This document shows, in pieces, positions 14,022 through 27,743 of a stretch of 64,000 nucleotides of DNA. The stretch is taken from NCBI GenBank assembly GCA_964016885.1, contig OZ024743.1, forward strand, positions 120,466,001-120,530,000, given 5' to 3'. Made by a program: the position numbers and the translations under genes. The stretch's first letter is position 1, and every line of letters starts with the position of its first letter. The notes beneath the pieces were generated by a model. It was not told the DNA's origin, searched no databases, and was given only the letters and a program-made list of their open reading frames with translations. The stretch comes from Eledone cirrhosa (taxonomy: Eukaryota).

Positions 14022-14910
14022 ATGTGTGTGAAAGTAGGTGGTGATTAACCTTAGTCAAGATGGCCTATGATCATGAGTATTCTATTATAGACATATTTTA
14101 CCTTATACTACACTATATATACAATTGTCCATCTTTTTTCTAGGAGATCGGACAATCATGTACAGGCACCTTCATTGGCTCGAATATATTACATAGACTA
14201 TTTAATATATTACATAGACTATTTAAAACATTGAATTATTTAGTTTCGGTGTACCAGCGTTCGAGTTCACATCCTATTGAGATTAGCTTTTATTTAATTT
14301 CAATAATATAATTAGTTTAATGGTTTAACAACAAGTGACTCTGCATGTGAGGTGGAAAATCAATATTTGAATGCGACCACTGTTTAAAATGATCGAAATT
14401 TATGATTTAGAGAAGAAATAAATGATTCGTAAAAGATGTACACTTTATATAATTAACATTTTTAAGGGTTATTTTCTTAATGCCATCTATTGTTTCATTT
14501 AGTATGCCAGCGATGATATGTCATTGACAATATTCCAAAAAGCTAATACTTGCATATAATTATTTTGAATAGCTTACTTCCTGATGTCTCAATTCTTCTG
14601 TCTCTGCTATTTTTGATTTAGTAGAAATATTATTTAGATATTTCTTATTAGTTATATATTCAGTACCAGTGATAATCTCTTGTAGATTCTTTTTTCTTCT
14701 CTTCCTCATTGCATGCATATATGTACGAGGTATATTATGTATGTATGCATGTATGTATGTGTGTATGTATGTGTGTATGCATGTATGTATGTGTGTATGC
14801 ATGTATGTATGTGTGTATGCATGTATGTATGTATATATGAAGTGCAAAGTCTTTCCTCACTTTAAAATAAAATCTTCACGCACAGGCATTGCACGATAGA
14901 ATTAATTAAT

Positions 14911-15101
14911 CTTTTCTACTTTTGGCACAAGGCCAGCAATTATCCAGTGTATTACTGGTACTTTAATTTATCGACCCCGTAAGGATGAAAGGCAAAGTTA
15001 ACCTCGGCGGGATTTGAAATCAGAATGGCAAGGGCCGTAACTCTATGCGTCAAAGCATGGAGTCCGACTCTCTACCGATACTGCCAATCCACCGCCCTAC
15101 C
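14911..15101 (-). mobile_element. Full-length tRNA-derived SINE with 20-bp TSD
   Basis: TSD gcacgatagaattaattaat at 14891-14910 and 15102-15121. Body 'atcgaccccgtaaggatgaaaggcaaagttaacctcggcgggatttgaa'. Confidence 0.92.
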
Positions 15102-15206
15102 GCACGATAGAATTAATTAATAATTATTAATAATGCTATATCGTGCAATGGCCATACTTGATAACGAAGGGGCAGCCATCATGTATATATGTATGTATGT
15201 ATATAT

Positions 15207-15815
15207 GTCAGGTCACCAGTTGGTGCTACTGGTAACATGTATCCCAGTACAACCTGTCTCATGGTCGGGTCGTTGGCGACTAAACTGGCAACCCCACCAA
15301 GGTTTCTTGGTGAGGAGGGTGACTTTGGACAACCTGCAGGACTAAAAACAAAACCTGTCAAAGGGCAAAGGAGCTCTTAAGAGTCAATGGCCATCCAAAA
15401 TCACCGGGAGAGATGACCCCTTAACCTTTGTCAAGGCAGAATTCTAGGAGAAGGAAAACTCTGATATAACACCTGCAACCCTGATGGTATCCAATGATGT
15501 TGACTTGTTCTTCTTTTTGGTAAATATCATCTTGGTTAAGAGAGTGGGACTGGCTTTGTGCAGTGCCTTTGTTCACTATAAAAGCTTCACGGCACAGGCA
15601 TTGCTTTGTATCTGGAGATCTCTCTGCACTTGTCGTCACATGGTACCATGGGCCCAGCACTATGTGTCAATAATTGTCACAAGTGTAGTGTTTGTACTAG
15701 AGTTTTCAAGTCGCTGGCTGGACTAAAAAGTCACACTCGTTCAGCCCATCGGTAGGGGTTCTCCTACATGGATATAAAGTAGTGGCCGTACTCGAAAACG
15801 AGTTGGCAGCCACCA
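15207..15815 (+). mobile_element. Probable RTE-type LINE 5'-region fragment
   Basis: GC-richer insert between (TATG)n tracts. Contains 'ctaggagaaggaaaactctga', a motif I recall from RTE 5' regions. No coding motif found. Confidence 0.35.
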
Positions 15816-15829
15816 TGTATGTATGTATG

Positions 15830-17950
15830 TTTTTCCGGACATTACTAGAGTTTTAGAATTCATTTTGTAGCAAGATTGTAAGGAAATATTTTAAAACATG
15901 TATGTATTTTGTTCTCTTTGTCAACGTTAGCAATATCAACTACCCTTTAACGTTTAAGATCTGGCAGATTTTTTAATGCCACAGATAGTGTGCTTATCTG
16001 TAGCATATATATTATGAAGCTATACTCTTTTTACCAGAATACAAGTTTAGCTCTACTTTGATGCAAGCGTGTTGGTACATATACCGTTGGTCCATTTATT
16101 ATGGATATAAAAATGCGTGTATTTCTGATGCTGGATTTATATACTCTTCATTAATGGTTCATTGATGTCTTCTAACTCCTCGATTCCTTTTGAACATATT
16201 GGTGGCAGCTGACTTCCAGAACAAAGCTGTTTTTATTTTCTAATCGCAAACAACTCTATCAGGTCGGTTGATGTTAGTTCTCCTAGATTCCACTAATATT
16301 GTTTTATTCATCTGTCTCAGTAAATTTATCTTCTTTTGCTATTAATGTTTTCCTTCTCAGTCTATTCCAATTTTCTCTGGCTACCACATCATTCCTCATG
16401 GGAAGTTAATATGCAGAAGACATTATATCACAGTTGTCAATGATATGGCTAATGGAATCGGTTTGGGCTTCATCTATTCTACATTTGTTTTAGCTGGCGC
16501 TTCTTATCATTTGTGTAGAAAGTACTAAGAGGGTATATCTTGTTTTTGTCTTACATATAGGCAATTTTCAAGGTGTGGTGTTATAAACCTGTCGGCAGTC
16601 TGTACTAGATTTTTAGTGTGGTTTATTCTCTTTATGGGATGTGTTTTCATTAGTATGCATGTGAAACCTTCTCAATAAACTGGTTTATATTTTGATTGTG
16701 CTGTATTGTTAAAGTGAGTTCTTATTAACTTTCATTTCAAGTCTCTTCCCAAGAATATTTGCTCTTCTAACGATGTTTTATTTTCGTGCTCAAAAATATG
16801 AATGAATAAGCTGTTTATCTCTTATCTTCTGTTGGAGCTTTCGCTTCATGTTACTATCTAAGTCTAGTATTGTTAACACATATTTAATGTTCCGGCCAAC
16901 TTCTTTGCAAAGTGAATATGATTTCTACATCACTATGATGTTATATTTTCCAGTAACACTGAGCAGCTTGCTTCTGAATTCTTATTTTCACTTCGTTGAG
17001 TACTTGAAGTACTGAAGGTCAAATGTAGGTATCGGAATAAGTACTCGAAAGGTGTTTTAAGTGATATGTTTGTTATTTTCAGTAGATTTTGCTCTTTTTC
17101 ATTAATGAATCAACCATACCTGACATTCTCATTCTATTGAATATACTTGTAGTTTTCGCTCGAATGTAAAGGCTGTATGTTACTCCATTTCTGTTTATTT
17201 TTATGAGAAGGGTACGAGTTTATTGGCTTACCACAAAAATATGTATATTCCATATCTGTGGTCTATTGGATAATGGAATACAAGTCTTAGTTAGGTGCTG
17301 AATAGCATCTACCAGTGATTGTGGGATTTTCAGTAATTGTAATGCTTACAATCTAGATATATACTATGCTACCAAATGCTTTCTGAGAGTTCAGCAAATA
17401 TACAGCAAAGTTCTTTATTGGTTGTTTTTTGCTGTATGACGTTGTTGATTAGCAACTGCACTATACAACCTAATACTTTCTTTTCCGTCTATCTTCCTCA
17501 CATGATAATACTACTGTTGGCAGTACAATTATCATGTGAAACACTTTGGGGCACACAGTTTATATTTTATACAAGATATTCTGACAGGGTGGGACATTTT
17601 AGTTTGAGTGGTTTTGCTATTTTGGGGAATGAGAATAATAATGAAACGTGACAGCCACCTGGAAATATCCAACACAACTATGATGCTCTTTCCTTAAAGT
17701 GTTATTAAAACTCGGAGATAAAAGTAGAGAGTCTTGTTATAAGACCTGGGTCTGGGGATTGTCTGTTCGTTATTTTGTTTAGGATTGTTTCATTGTTTAC
17801 TTTCAAAATATTTGCAATAACTCTCTTCTAGTTCTTCTGTCCACACAGCTTGTTTATTAAACTCATCATATCTTCTCCATATACACTTCTAGCAGTTTTC
17901 AAATTGTTCCTTTAGTGGGGATGCCTTTTACAGAGTTTATACAAAGACAC
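15830..17950 (-). mobile_element. Highly decayed R4/Dong-like non-LTR retrotransposon (RT, CCHC finger, restriction-like endonuclease)
   Basis: Minus-strand pieces: QSPDPGLI (~17750), GCIVQLLIN and LNSQKAFGS (~17370-17470), KCRIDEAQTDSISHIIDNCDIMSSAY*LPMRND (~16390-16490), INRPD (~16260). The 3' end runs into (CATA)n. Confidence 0.75.
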
Positions 17951-18259
17951 GAGCAATGGACAAATTCTTTCCGAGTTATGCACTAAATGCATTTGTATTT
18001 GAATGTACATACTTAATTAGCATGCTGCTCGTGGAGAGTGTGTCTGAAGTGAGGCTTGTATTATTCCTGTATGTATGCTTTATTGACGCAGCAACGGTTT
18101 CCAAAGTCCTGTGGCAAAAAACACTTTTGGCGCCGCCACCTAATTAGCAAGCATGATAAGCCAGGGGGGACTTTAGAGCTCCTTCACACCTGCGCCCGAG
18201 GGAAACTGTCCCGTCTTTCCACACACTTGCAATATCTCTGTTCGGATAGTTATGTAAGT

Positions 18260-18566
18260 GAGTAAGTAAGTAAGTATGTACGTACGTACGTATGTATGTA
18301 TGCATGTATGTATGTATGGATGTATGTATGTATGCATGTATGTATGTATGGATGTATGTATGCATGTATGTATGTATGTATGTATGTATGTATGTATGTA
18401 TGTATGCATGTATGTATGTATGTATGCATGTATGTATGTATGTATGTATGTATGTATGCATGTATGTATGTATGTATGGATGGATGGATGGATGCATCTG
18501 TTTCTTTATCAATCTTTTCTTTCTCTTCTACTACTACTACTACTACTTTCTACTACTACTACTACT

Positions 18567-18613
<47 letters not shown>

Positions 18614-18614
18614 T

Positions 18615-18683
<69 letters not shown>

Positions 18684-18715
18684 TCTTCTTCTACTACTAT
18701 TCTTACTCCTACTTT

Positions 18716-18750
<35 letters not shown>

Positions 18751-18790
18751 CCCATCCTCCTCCTCCTCCTCCCCTCTCCTCCTCCACCTC
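18260..18790. repeat. Compound microsatellite (TAAG/TATG/TGGA)n + (CTA)n + (CCT)n
   Basis: Direct inspection. Source of the spurious 180-194 aa ORFs. Confidence 0.95.
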
Positions 18791-19264
18791 GTCGTTATTG
18801 TACTCATATATTATCAGATAAATTGCTCTGTTAGATGGACTTTAACGATAAAGATATTTCTGTGTGGAGTTTTATCTTAATCGACATTATAAGGGTGTTA
18901 TCTAATCAAATCTAATTTTATCAACTTTTTTTTGTTATTTTATTTTATCAAAGAAATCTGCTCCTCTGGATATTTAAACACTGCTGCGCGTCTTGCGTTT
19001 TTACATCCTGAAATTCGAGGTTCTTGATCGAATTTCAGTTTCAACTATGAAGATAGAAGGAGTAAATTACATATTACATCAAAATATGTAGATCTTCAAA
19101 CATGAAGGGAAGGAGCTCTAAGTGTGCACGCATGCTGAATACAAGTAGAAACTCAAATATTCTCGTACATGTTCAAGAAAACGTAATATGGCCATACGAA
19201 ATTGTATGGATCTTCGTCGGTTCTGAAGATGAGTGTCCTAGTTCTTCGCTCTAAGAAACATCCT

Positions 19265-19470
19265 GTTCATCCAAGTGACCGGCCATTCCATAGACACGTA
19301 TTCATTTAATGTTGAAGATTCGACGTAACACGATGTGAGACAAGGCTGGCTGTTTGAATTATAGGTACAATCCACCAAATGGTCTTTCAACCAGTTTATA
19401 TCAACCCAGTTTCTTTCACAAGGCTTGGGCTGATCCGGGGCTATGGTAAATGTCACTTAACCAAGATTGC
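19265..19470 (-). mobile_element. Degenerate SINE tail related to the CORE-type SINE at 36540
   Basis: 'caagtgaccggccattccatagacacgtattcatttaatgt' resembles 36622-36665. Confidence 0.45.
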
Positions 19471-19639
19471 AAAGCAAACTTCGTCACTATTCGGCTGTTT
19501 CGTCCACATGACCATATATGTATTTACCCAAATATACGCAGAATGGATTCTACCGAAGGGAGGGAACTGACGTTGTATTGTTGAAATAAACAATCGGATA
19601 ATGTGCGGATATTTCTATGTAGTATAGTGTCTCTATAGG

Positions 19640-19792
19640 TTGGTAAATTGGTAGAGATTTTAGAACATCGGATAGAATGCTTTGCAGTAGTAGTTCCGTC
19701 TCTCTGTATTCTGTGTTCAAATCCCACCTAGGTCAACTTTCCTTTCATCCTTTAGAGGTCAGTACAAAAGTATCAGTCCAGTACTGGGGTAG
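19640..19792 (+). mobile_element. Degenerate tRNA-derived SINE
   Basis: 'gtgttcaaatcccacctaggtcaactttcctttcatcctttagaggtc' followed by 'cagtactgggg'. Confidence 0.7.
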
Positions 19793-20075
19793 ATTCTTTC
19801 TCCATATCTCTTCCCTCTCCTCTCAATCTCTCTCTCTCTCGACTGTGTTCAGACACGGAAAGGGGATAGGCTCTGACAAATTCAAAATGCACGCACACAC
19901 ACATACACACCTACATACATGCATAGATTCATACATACATACGTATGTAGAGTGTCTCGAGACTAAATATTTCAAGCTATTTGGCTTGATGTCAAATGAA
20001 TAAATTTGACCGTGCGTCAGTCAATTTACATTACCAATCGTTTCTCATCTCTAACCTTTCTCGTATTCTCTTTTA

Positions 20076-20180
<105 letters not shown>

Positions 20181-20219
20181 ACACACACACGCACACACAC
20201 ACACACACTCACGTGCACA

Positions 20220-20261
<42 letters not shown>

Positions 20262-20553
20262 AACACTCACATATATAAAAAATAAGCGTGCACCCACATA
20301 TAAACATATTTGGTAACTAGGCAGACACACATGAACCGCACAACGTACATCCTACATCGTTTAATAGAGTCATTTATTGAGTGCCAGAGTTCTGCAACTA
20401 ATCAGAAATTTGCTCAAGCTTAGGGTAATATTTACCTCAGAATGTGCACAGGTGAGTGGCTAGTGGTTAGAGCATTGGATTTATGGTGATGAAGCTGGAG
20501 TTCGATTCCTGGATTTTAATAAATTATACGAGCGCACGCATATACGCATATCC

Positions 20554-20603
<50 letters not shown>

Positions 20604-20607
<4 letters not shown>

Positions 20608-20769
20608 AACAAGTAAGACCCCGACGGCTGAGCTCAGAATTAGCCGTCGAAACGGCTTGAGCTCAGCCGTCGGGGTCTTACTTGTTCCTATTACCCACTC
20701 TACTACCCTAAGTATTGAGTACTTTGGTGCGTTATGGTCCACCTGGTTCCTTACCACATTTCCTTCGTT
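20604..20769 (+). mobile_element. Family A fold-back element (Penelope pLTR-like) in (TA)n
   Basis: Inverted arms taggaacaagtaagaccccgacggctgagctc / gagctcagccgtcggggtcttacttgttccta, plus an ~80-nt tail ending ccacatttccttcgt-(TA)n. Confidence 0.88.
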
Positions 20770-20799
20770 ATATATATATATATAAATATTCAAACTTAG

Positions 20800-21595
20800 T
20801 GGCCATATACTCATCATTCAACGGTTAGTCATTCTAGGCCTGTCTTTTATAGGTGGCCTTATTTACAGTATTATTCAAGCACCATGTCACCTTTCGTCTG
20901 GCTGGTACCGTCTCTCTTTGTTTGCTCTTCACTGAACCTTTGTTTTGCAACGATCTCTTCCATCTCCACACATTCCCTCTTCCACTATCTTATGTCTCTC
21001 CGTCCGTCTGAAATCATTAATCACTAATCTAATAGTAGAATCCTCCCCAGAAAAATGACTTTGTATTCACAATCATCTGTCTATCCTATCTCTTAATGAG
21101 TATGTAGAAGATCGAGTTATTGATTGGGTTCCTGAAGTTAGTGTTGACGATGGTTAGGTAGTTTGAATCACAGGTCTCTTAAAACTTTGTTTCCTCTTCA
21201 TTCGTTGAACCATATCCATAGCTACAATGTACTATATCATGGTGCTGCCCAGTTAAAGTCACCAGCCACTATAATGAAGCCGCTGTCCTTCATTATGGAG
21301 GTGGCCTGCAACTGTACGTAATAGAAACTGTCCTTTTGCTCAGTGGTCAGTCTGGATTGTGGCATGTAAGCAAAAATAAGAGTTGCAGTTTTGTTACCCA
21401 CGACTAGTTAAAACTTAATTATTTCATTGCATACTTTCACTACTTAAACTACTTCATCCATTTCTGTGTCAACAGTCTGCCCATTTCATCTAACATTTCA
21501 TTGTTTCTCACCCAGAAGAACTCGTACTTCTGTTCTTTGCCTATGTAAAATCTGGCTGAAAATGCCCTCTTTTGCACACAGGACACATCTCAACT
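20800..21595 (-). mobile_element. RTE LINE apurinic-like endonuclease fragment (decayed)
   Basis: Minus strand: DVSCVQ..KYEFFW..TLIFAYMPQ..QKDSFY..FIIVAGDFN..GYGSTNEE..LTIVNTNFR, then KVTWW. Contains stops. Confidence 0.8.
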
Positions 21596-22649
21596 CCGTC
21601 CTCTTTGTATCTCTCTAGCTTTCTCTCCACTCTCTCTCTCCATATATATATATATATATATATACATAGGTGTGTGTTTATATATGTAAACACACAGATA
21701 TGTATATACATATAGTGTATATCTATAAAGATAAATATATATACAATGGGCTTAAAAATCGATTTCTTTTGATTGGAAACAAGTTAAAATTTTGTATAGA
21801 AAGTTGTAAAAATGTATTAAGCCACAATCTCTTGCAGTGATTTTATCGACTACAGAGAAATTGAATACAAAGCGGATTCTAACAAAAAACAAAAAAGCCA
21901 GAGAAGGCACCCTACCATTTTTCTATTATCATCCAACAGAACGTTTTCAAAAGTAAAACGAATTTTACATTCGAAATGGCCTGTTGTATGAATCAGATAA
22001 CTTTGAATAAAACACGCATATGTGGGCATTTGTACAAATGCATAGACATATACTATACATGTGAAAATTCGACACACAGATATATTTATAACTATTTGAA
22101 AGGTTCCTAAAAACTGATGCTTAATTCTGATTTCATAGCGTAAAGCGTTATATCAACGCTTGATTAATTCCCCTGAATTGGTTGCATAGAAATCGCAGAT
22201 TACTTTTACTAATATCTGGTACCTAAATCTACTTGTCTCAGTTCACCTACCTAAGAATAAAGTGTGTTGCTGATGACACAATGAAAAGCAATCTATGATT
22301 TTAAAATCATATTTCCGTCTGTACATTTTGAACTACTATTTGCCAAAGTAAACCATAAGTGGCGTTAGGATTTTACTATTTCACTAATAATACAATATCT
22401 CATTTCGATATACACATATATATGCATACAAACAGTCTTCATATAAACACACACGCACATACACACGCACACTCACACACACATATACATACTAGATATT
22501 AGATGCTTCAAATGTATAATGTTTCTCTTTAAACTTCGTTTGAAGAAAAAAATTGTGCTTTTGTCGCATTCGGTTTTAGAAAAAATAGTTGAAATAAATA
22601 AATCAACGCCTACCTACATTACATGTTTACGTGTTAGACTAACAATAAC

Positions 22650-22855
22650 AATGGTTTCTAATTTAAGCACAAGGCTAGCAATTTGAAAGGAGGGGAAAAT
22701 ATATAAAATCGTCTTCAGTATTTGACTAGTACATTATTTGAGCAACCCTGATAGGATGAAAAGAAAAGTCGACCTTGGCGAGATTTGAATCAATAATAAT
22801 AGTAATGGTTTTTAATTTGGCACAAGGTCAGAAACTTTGAGAGAGGAAACCCTTG
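22650..22855 (-). mobile_element. Two 5'-truncated SINE pieces
   Basis: 'ggtttctaatttaagcacaaggctagcaattt..ggatgaaaagaaaagtcgaccttggcgagatttgaa' and a second tail at 22805. Confidence 0.65.
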
Positions 22856-22856
22856 G

Positions 22857-22910
<54 letters not shown>

Positions 22911-23067
22911 GCATATTATAGGTGATTCGGTGATTTACTAGTGATAGTACCAATATGAGCACTCGATACAGAATTAGAGTGCATGTAGTAAGAAAAAAAA
23001 CAATGAAATTTAATTAACATGTTTTTATTGATTATCGACCTGTTATGTACGTTTCACAGGTAATTGG

Positions 23068-23222
23068 ATCAAGGTCAGCCATGGAAGCTATGGACCGACA
23101 GCATCGATCAACTCGTCAGACTTGGTGATTCAATATACTCTGTTTTTTCTTTGTTGAATCACAATGTCTGACGAGCAGATGGATGCTGGAATCTGGCCCA
23201 TAGATTCCATAAGTGACCTTGA
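23068..23222. mobile_element. Old inverted-repeat element with hammerhead-like CTGACGA arms
   Basis: tcaaggtca..atggaa.ctatgg..cagcatc.atc..ctcgtcagac is mirrored by gtctgacgagcagatggatgctg..ccatagattccat..tgaccttga. Confidence 0.55.
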
Positions 23223-23368
23223 GCAAAGCATTTATGAAACGTACGTAACAGGTCTATAATCAAAATAAACATGCAAACGATAGGGATGTCAACATGAATG
23301 AACCTGTTATTTTTATCTAAACACTTTTTTTCCAATTCCACCCCACCCGTCCCTTCAATCTATCTTAT

Positions 23369-23404
23369 TCTTCCGATGAAGGACTAGCATCCGAAACGTT
23401 AAGA
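23369..23404 (+). ncRNA. Degenerate minimal type I hammerhead (pLTR remnant)
   Basis: tctt-CCGATGA-A GGA ctagca TCC-GAAA-CG-TT-aaga, with one core substitution. Related copy at 51508-51543. Confidence 0.55.
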
Positions 23405-23533
23405 CCATCTTCCTGCTATTTCAAACATTAACCTAATATATTCCTTCCAGATACTGTACCCATTGTGTTGTTATTTCTGTTTACCTTTTACACACACACA
23501 CGCACACACACACGCACACACACACGCACACAC

Positions 23534-23715
<182 letters not shown>

Positions 23716-23718
23716 TTA

Positions 23719-26116
23719 TATAGGAAAATAGGGAGAAAAAGACGATTATTATGAAGAAAATTATATTTTTTTCCCTTTTATTTTTTTCTCTTTTTTTCTG
23801 GGTTAGAAAATGTTTAAAACAAAATATTTTACTTTGTGTGAAGTATTAAGGTATTAGTTAATTTATTAATTAATTAACAATGGCATTTATTTATTTATTT
23901 ATATATTTAATAATTGTATATTACCGGTTTCAGCATTTTATGCATTATCAAAGGGGGGAATTTGTATTGGTGTAAAATGTTGGTGATGTTGAACATCCCG
24001 CCTCCCAACAACACTTAATAATGAACATACCCCACTAGTAACCTTTGATGTCATCAATCTATATTCCAATATCCCACACAACCTAGGTATAGAGGCAATA
24101 CAATTCTGGCTTGACAATTTCTCTAGCGAACTTCCACAGCGCATCACTAAAGAATTTGTGTTGGAGGGACTCAAATTCATCTTGGAAAACAACTTCTTCG
24201 AATTCGATGCAAAATACTACAGACAGAAATCTGAAACTGCCATGGGCACGAAAGTAGCCCCCCTCATACGCCAATCTTGTCATGGGATATTTGGAAACCA
24301 CTCTCTACCGCAAAGTTCTAGACAAATACGGTAACCACTTCTAACTACACATAGAAAAAAACTGGAAGAGATATCTGGACGACTTCTTCATCCTCTAGCA
24401 TGAAAGTATAGAATGACTGATTGAGTTTACAACCCTTCTAAATGGACTCAACACAAACTTACAATTTACAATGGATTACAACTCCTTTTTCTCGACATCC
24501 TCATCAAGAAAACAAACAACAAAATAGAAACAGACATATACTACAAACCCACAGACTCCAAACAATATCTTCCATTCAACTCATGCCACCCTCGCCATAC
24601 CAAAATAACAATTCCTTATAACCTAGCCAGAAGGATCTGCACAATAGTTTCAGATAAATACACTTGCTACACACGACTAGAAGAATTAACAAACACACTT
24701 ATCAGCAGAAACTACTCACCATCCCTAATCAACAATGAATTCCAACGTGCCCTAAAACTCAACATCCAGGAACTCAGACACCCCAAACCCAGGAATGAAC
24801 CGCAACAGAAAACTCTACCATACATCTCCACACACAACCCCCTCAACAATGAGGCATTCGACACCATCCTCCAGAACATTCCTTTACTAAAAAGAGACCC
24901 AAGAATGAACAAAATCCTCCAAACACACATCATAAAGAGCAAAAGACAACCTAAATCCATAAAAAACATCCTCACTCAAGCCAAAATCCAACCAACCCTC
25001 ACAATTTTCCCTACAGTAAAAAAATGCGGAAGCCCAACTGTGGCATATGTATAAATCTAATAGAAGATTCAACATTCCATTTTAAACAAGGACAACATTT
25101 CACAGTTAAACACAACTTTACATGTGCATCTGAAAACCTAATCTATGTTTTGACCTGCTCAGTTTGTCAAGAGCACTACATAGGACAGACAAAAACAGCC
25201 TCCGACAACGTCCATAGATCACAAATCAAAATACAAGAATACAGAAAATTGCTTTTAGTGAACATATCGCCAATTGTACACCTAACAAACACCCAAACTT
25301 TAAAATTTTCCCCATTTACAAATTCATAGACAACGCTTCTTTCATCCATCGTACCAATAAGGAAACGTACTTCTTTAACAAATTCCAACCTCTACTTAAT
25401 GGACTAAACTTCGGACTAAACAAAAACTGGAACGAACAATGAACCAAAACCAAATGCCTATGTTATCTAAAGAGTTACATCCCTTACACCCAACCTAATC
25501 CTTTTACTTATATAAATGAATTACCCTGTCTCATTTCTCTCTCCCCTACCTGACCCTGCATATTAACTCCGCCTGCATATTAACTCTCTAAAAAGGGAAA
25601 TCATATCAAACCCCAGACTCCCATTTGCCTCCATCATGGATCAACTAAGCACTCTTGCACATTTTGAACTGCTTATTAACACATTTCGAACTGCTTATCT
25701 TCAAGAACTATGCCTGTAAATAATATCATTTTTTCTTTCCCATTACCTTATCATGTTCCACATTAACCCCTTTTTTTTCGTTTTTCTTTTTACTTCAAAA
25801 ACCTTGTTTGTAAATAACATTATTCTTCACGACACATGTTCAACATGTTCAACATCACCAACATTTTCCACCAATCAAATTCCCCCGATTGATAATGCAT
25901 AAAATGGTGAAACCGGTAATAGACAACTATTAAATATATTAATAAATAAATAAATGCCTTTGTTAATTAATAAATAAATTAACTAATACCTTAACACTTC
26001 ACACAAAGTAAAATATTTTGTTTTAAACATTTTCTAACCCAGAAAAAAGAGAAAAAAATAAAAGGGAAAAAATATATTTTTCTTCCTAATAATCGTCTTT
26101 TTCTACCTATTTTCAT
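23719..26116 (+). mobile_element. 5'-truncated Penelope-like retroelement (Neptune-like) with inverted pseudo-LTRs
   Basis: RT motifs LVTFDVINLYSNIPH, TAMGTKVAP, WKRYLDDFF, DIYYKPTDSKQYL..SCHP. Cys linker KPNCGIC. GIY-YIG LIYVLTCSVCQEHYIGQT. Frameshifts and stops present. ~275-bp inverted repeats at 23719-23996 and 25845-26116, flanked by microsatellites. Confidence 0.93.
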
Positions 26117-26176
26117 ATATATATATATATATATATAAGGTAAGTATGTACGTTCAACAATCTGGCAGGAGGGTAT

Positions 26177-26219
26177 ACGTTGCTGACGATGGCTAATAAG
26201 CTTGAAACTAGTACAGCGT
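26177..26219 (+). ncRNA. Minimal type I hammerhead ribozyme, intact core
   Basis: acgttg-CTGACGA-T GGCT aata AGCT T-GAAA-CTAG-TA-cagcgt: 6-bp stem I, 4-bp stem II, palindromic stem III, GUA cleavage triplet. Confidence 0.8.
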
Positions 26220-26501
26220 TCCTTTGTCAGTGTTGAACAAACGAGCAACGATGGTTGCTAGACACTACGGCTTAATACGGGATGTTTGTTTACAAACACA
26301 CCGAGCATTATAATAAATGTTCGGTGAATCCATACGTACATATATATATGTATGCATGTATGTATATATATATACATACTACTGTACGTCTGTATACATA
26401 TATGTATGTACGTGTACATACTTATATTTAAGTAACAGCCGTACTAAGAGTGGGAAATGAAATTTCGTTTCATTTTTCCGTTTATATATATATATCTCCA
26501 T

Positions 26502-26594
<93 letters not shown>

Positions 26595-26599
26595 GTATA

Positions 26600-26703
<104 letters not shown>

Positions 26704-26809
26704 TACATATATATATGTATATATCCATTATATACATTATATATATATATGTGTACATATATTATGGATATATATATATATTATGGATATATATATATAT
26801 ATATATAAT

Positions 26810-26906
<97 letters not shown>

Positions 26907-27090
26907 ATGGATACATATAGATATATATATATGTGTGTGAGTTGATATATGTTTGTTTGCGTGTATGAACGATTTTAACTCTTTTTCTGTCTTTTAAAGG
27001 TATTCACTATTTTATAAGCTATTCTATAGCATCTACGCGTAAAGTATATTCATTATATTAACCACACACACATACTCACTTATATATATA

Positions 27091-27213
27091 TACAGGGTGT
27101 CCCCCCAAAATGTATACATTCTTCAATGGCATTCTAATATATATATACAGGTTGTCCCTCAAAAATATCTATATATACTTATATATTAGAATGCCGTTGA
27201 AGAATGTATACAT
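27091..27213. mobile_element. Rearranged Tc1/mariner-like terminus with internal inverted repeat
   Basis: TA-cagggtgtcc occurs twice. Inverted repeat aatgtatacattcttcaatggcattctaatatata / tatatattagaatgccgttgaagaatgtatacatt. Confidence 0.45.
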
Positions 27214-27220
27214 TATATAA

Positions 27221-27286
<66 letters not shown>

Positions 27287-27288
<2 letters not shown>

Positions 27289-27519
27289 CGAAGGAAGTGT
27301 GGTAAGGAACCAGATGGACCATAACGCACCAAAGTACTCAATACTTAGGGTAGTAGAGTGGGTAATAGGAACAAGTATGACCCCGACGGCAGAGCTCAAG
27401 CCGTTTCGACGGCTAATTCTGGACAAATTAGCCGTCGAAACGTTCTGGACGAATTAGCCGTCCAGAATTAGCCGCCGAAACGGCTTGAGCTCTGCCGCCG
27501 GGGTCATACTTGTTCCTAT
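27287..27519 (-). mobile_element. Family A fold-back element with scrambled centre
   Basis: Tail on the left. The centre has three 'aattagccg(t/c)c' units. Confidence 0.88.
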
Positions 27520-27533
27520 TATATATATATATA

Positions 27534-27743
27534 TAGGAACGAGTAGGACCCCGACGGCTGAGCTCAAGCCGTTTCGACGGCTAATTCTGGACTAAAAAAA
27601 AAAAAAAAAAAAAATTAGCCGTCGAAACGGCTTGAGCTCTGCCGTAGGGGTCATACTCGTTCCTATTACCCACTCTACTACCCTAAGTATTGAGTACTTT
27701 GGTGCATTATGGTCCACCTGGTTTCTTACCACATTTCCTTCGT

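Noticed and set aside
20450-20515. tRNA gene-like A/B boxes (tggctagtggttagagc..ggagttcgattcc)
   Set aside because: No cloverleaf pairing. Best read as a decayed SINE head, as are the other tRNA-like heads in the window.
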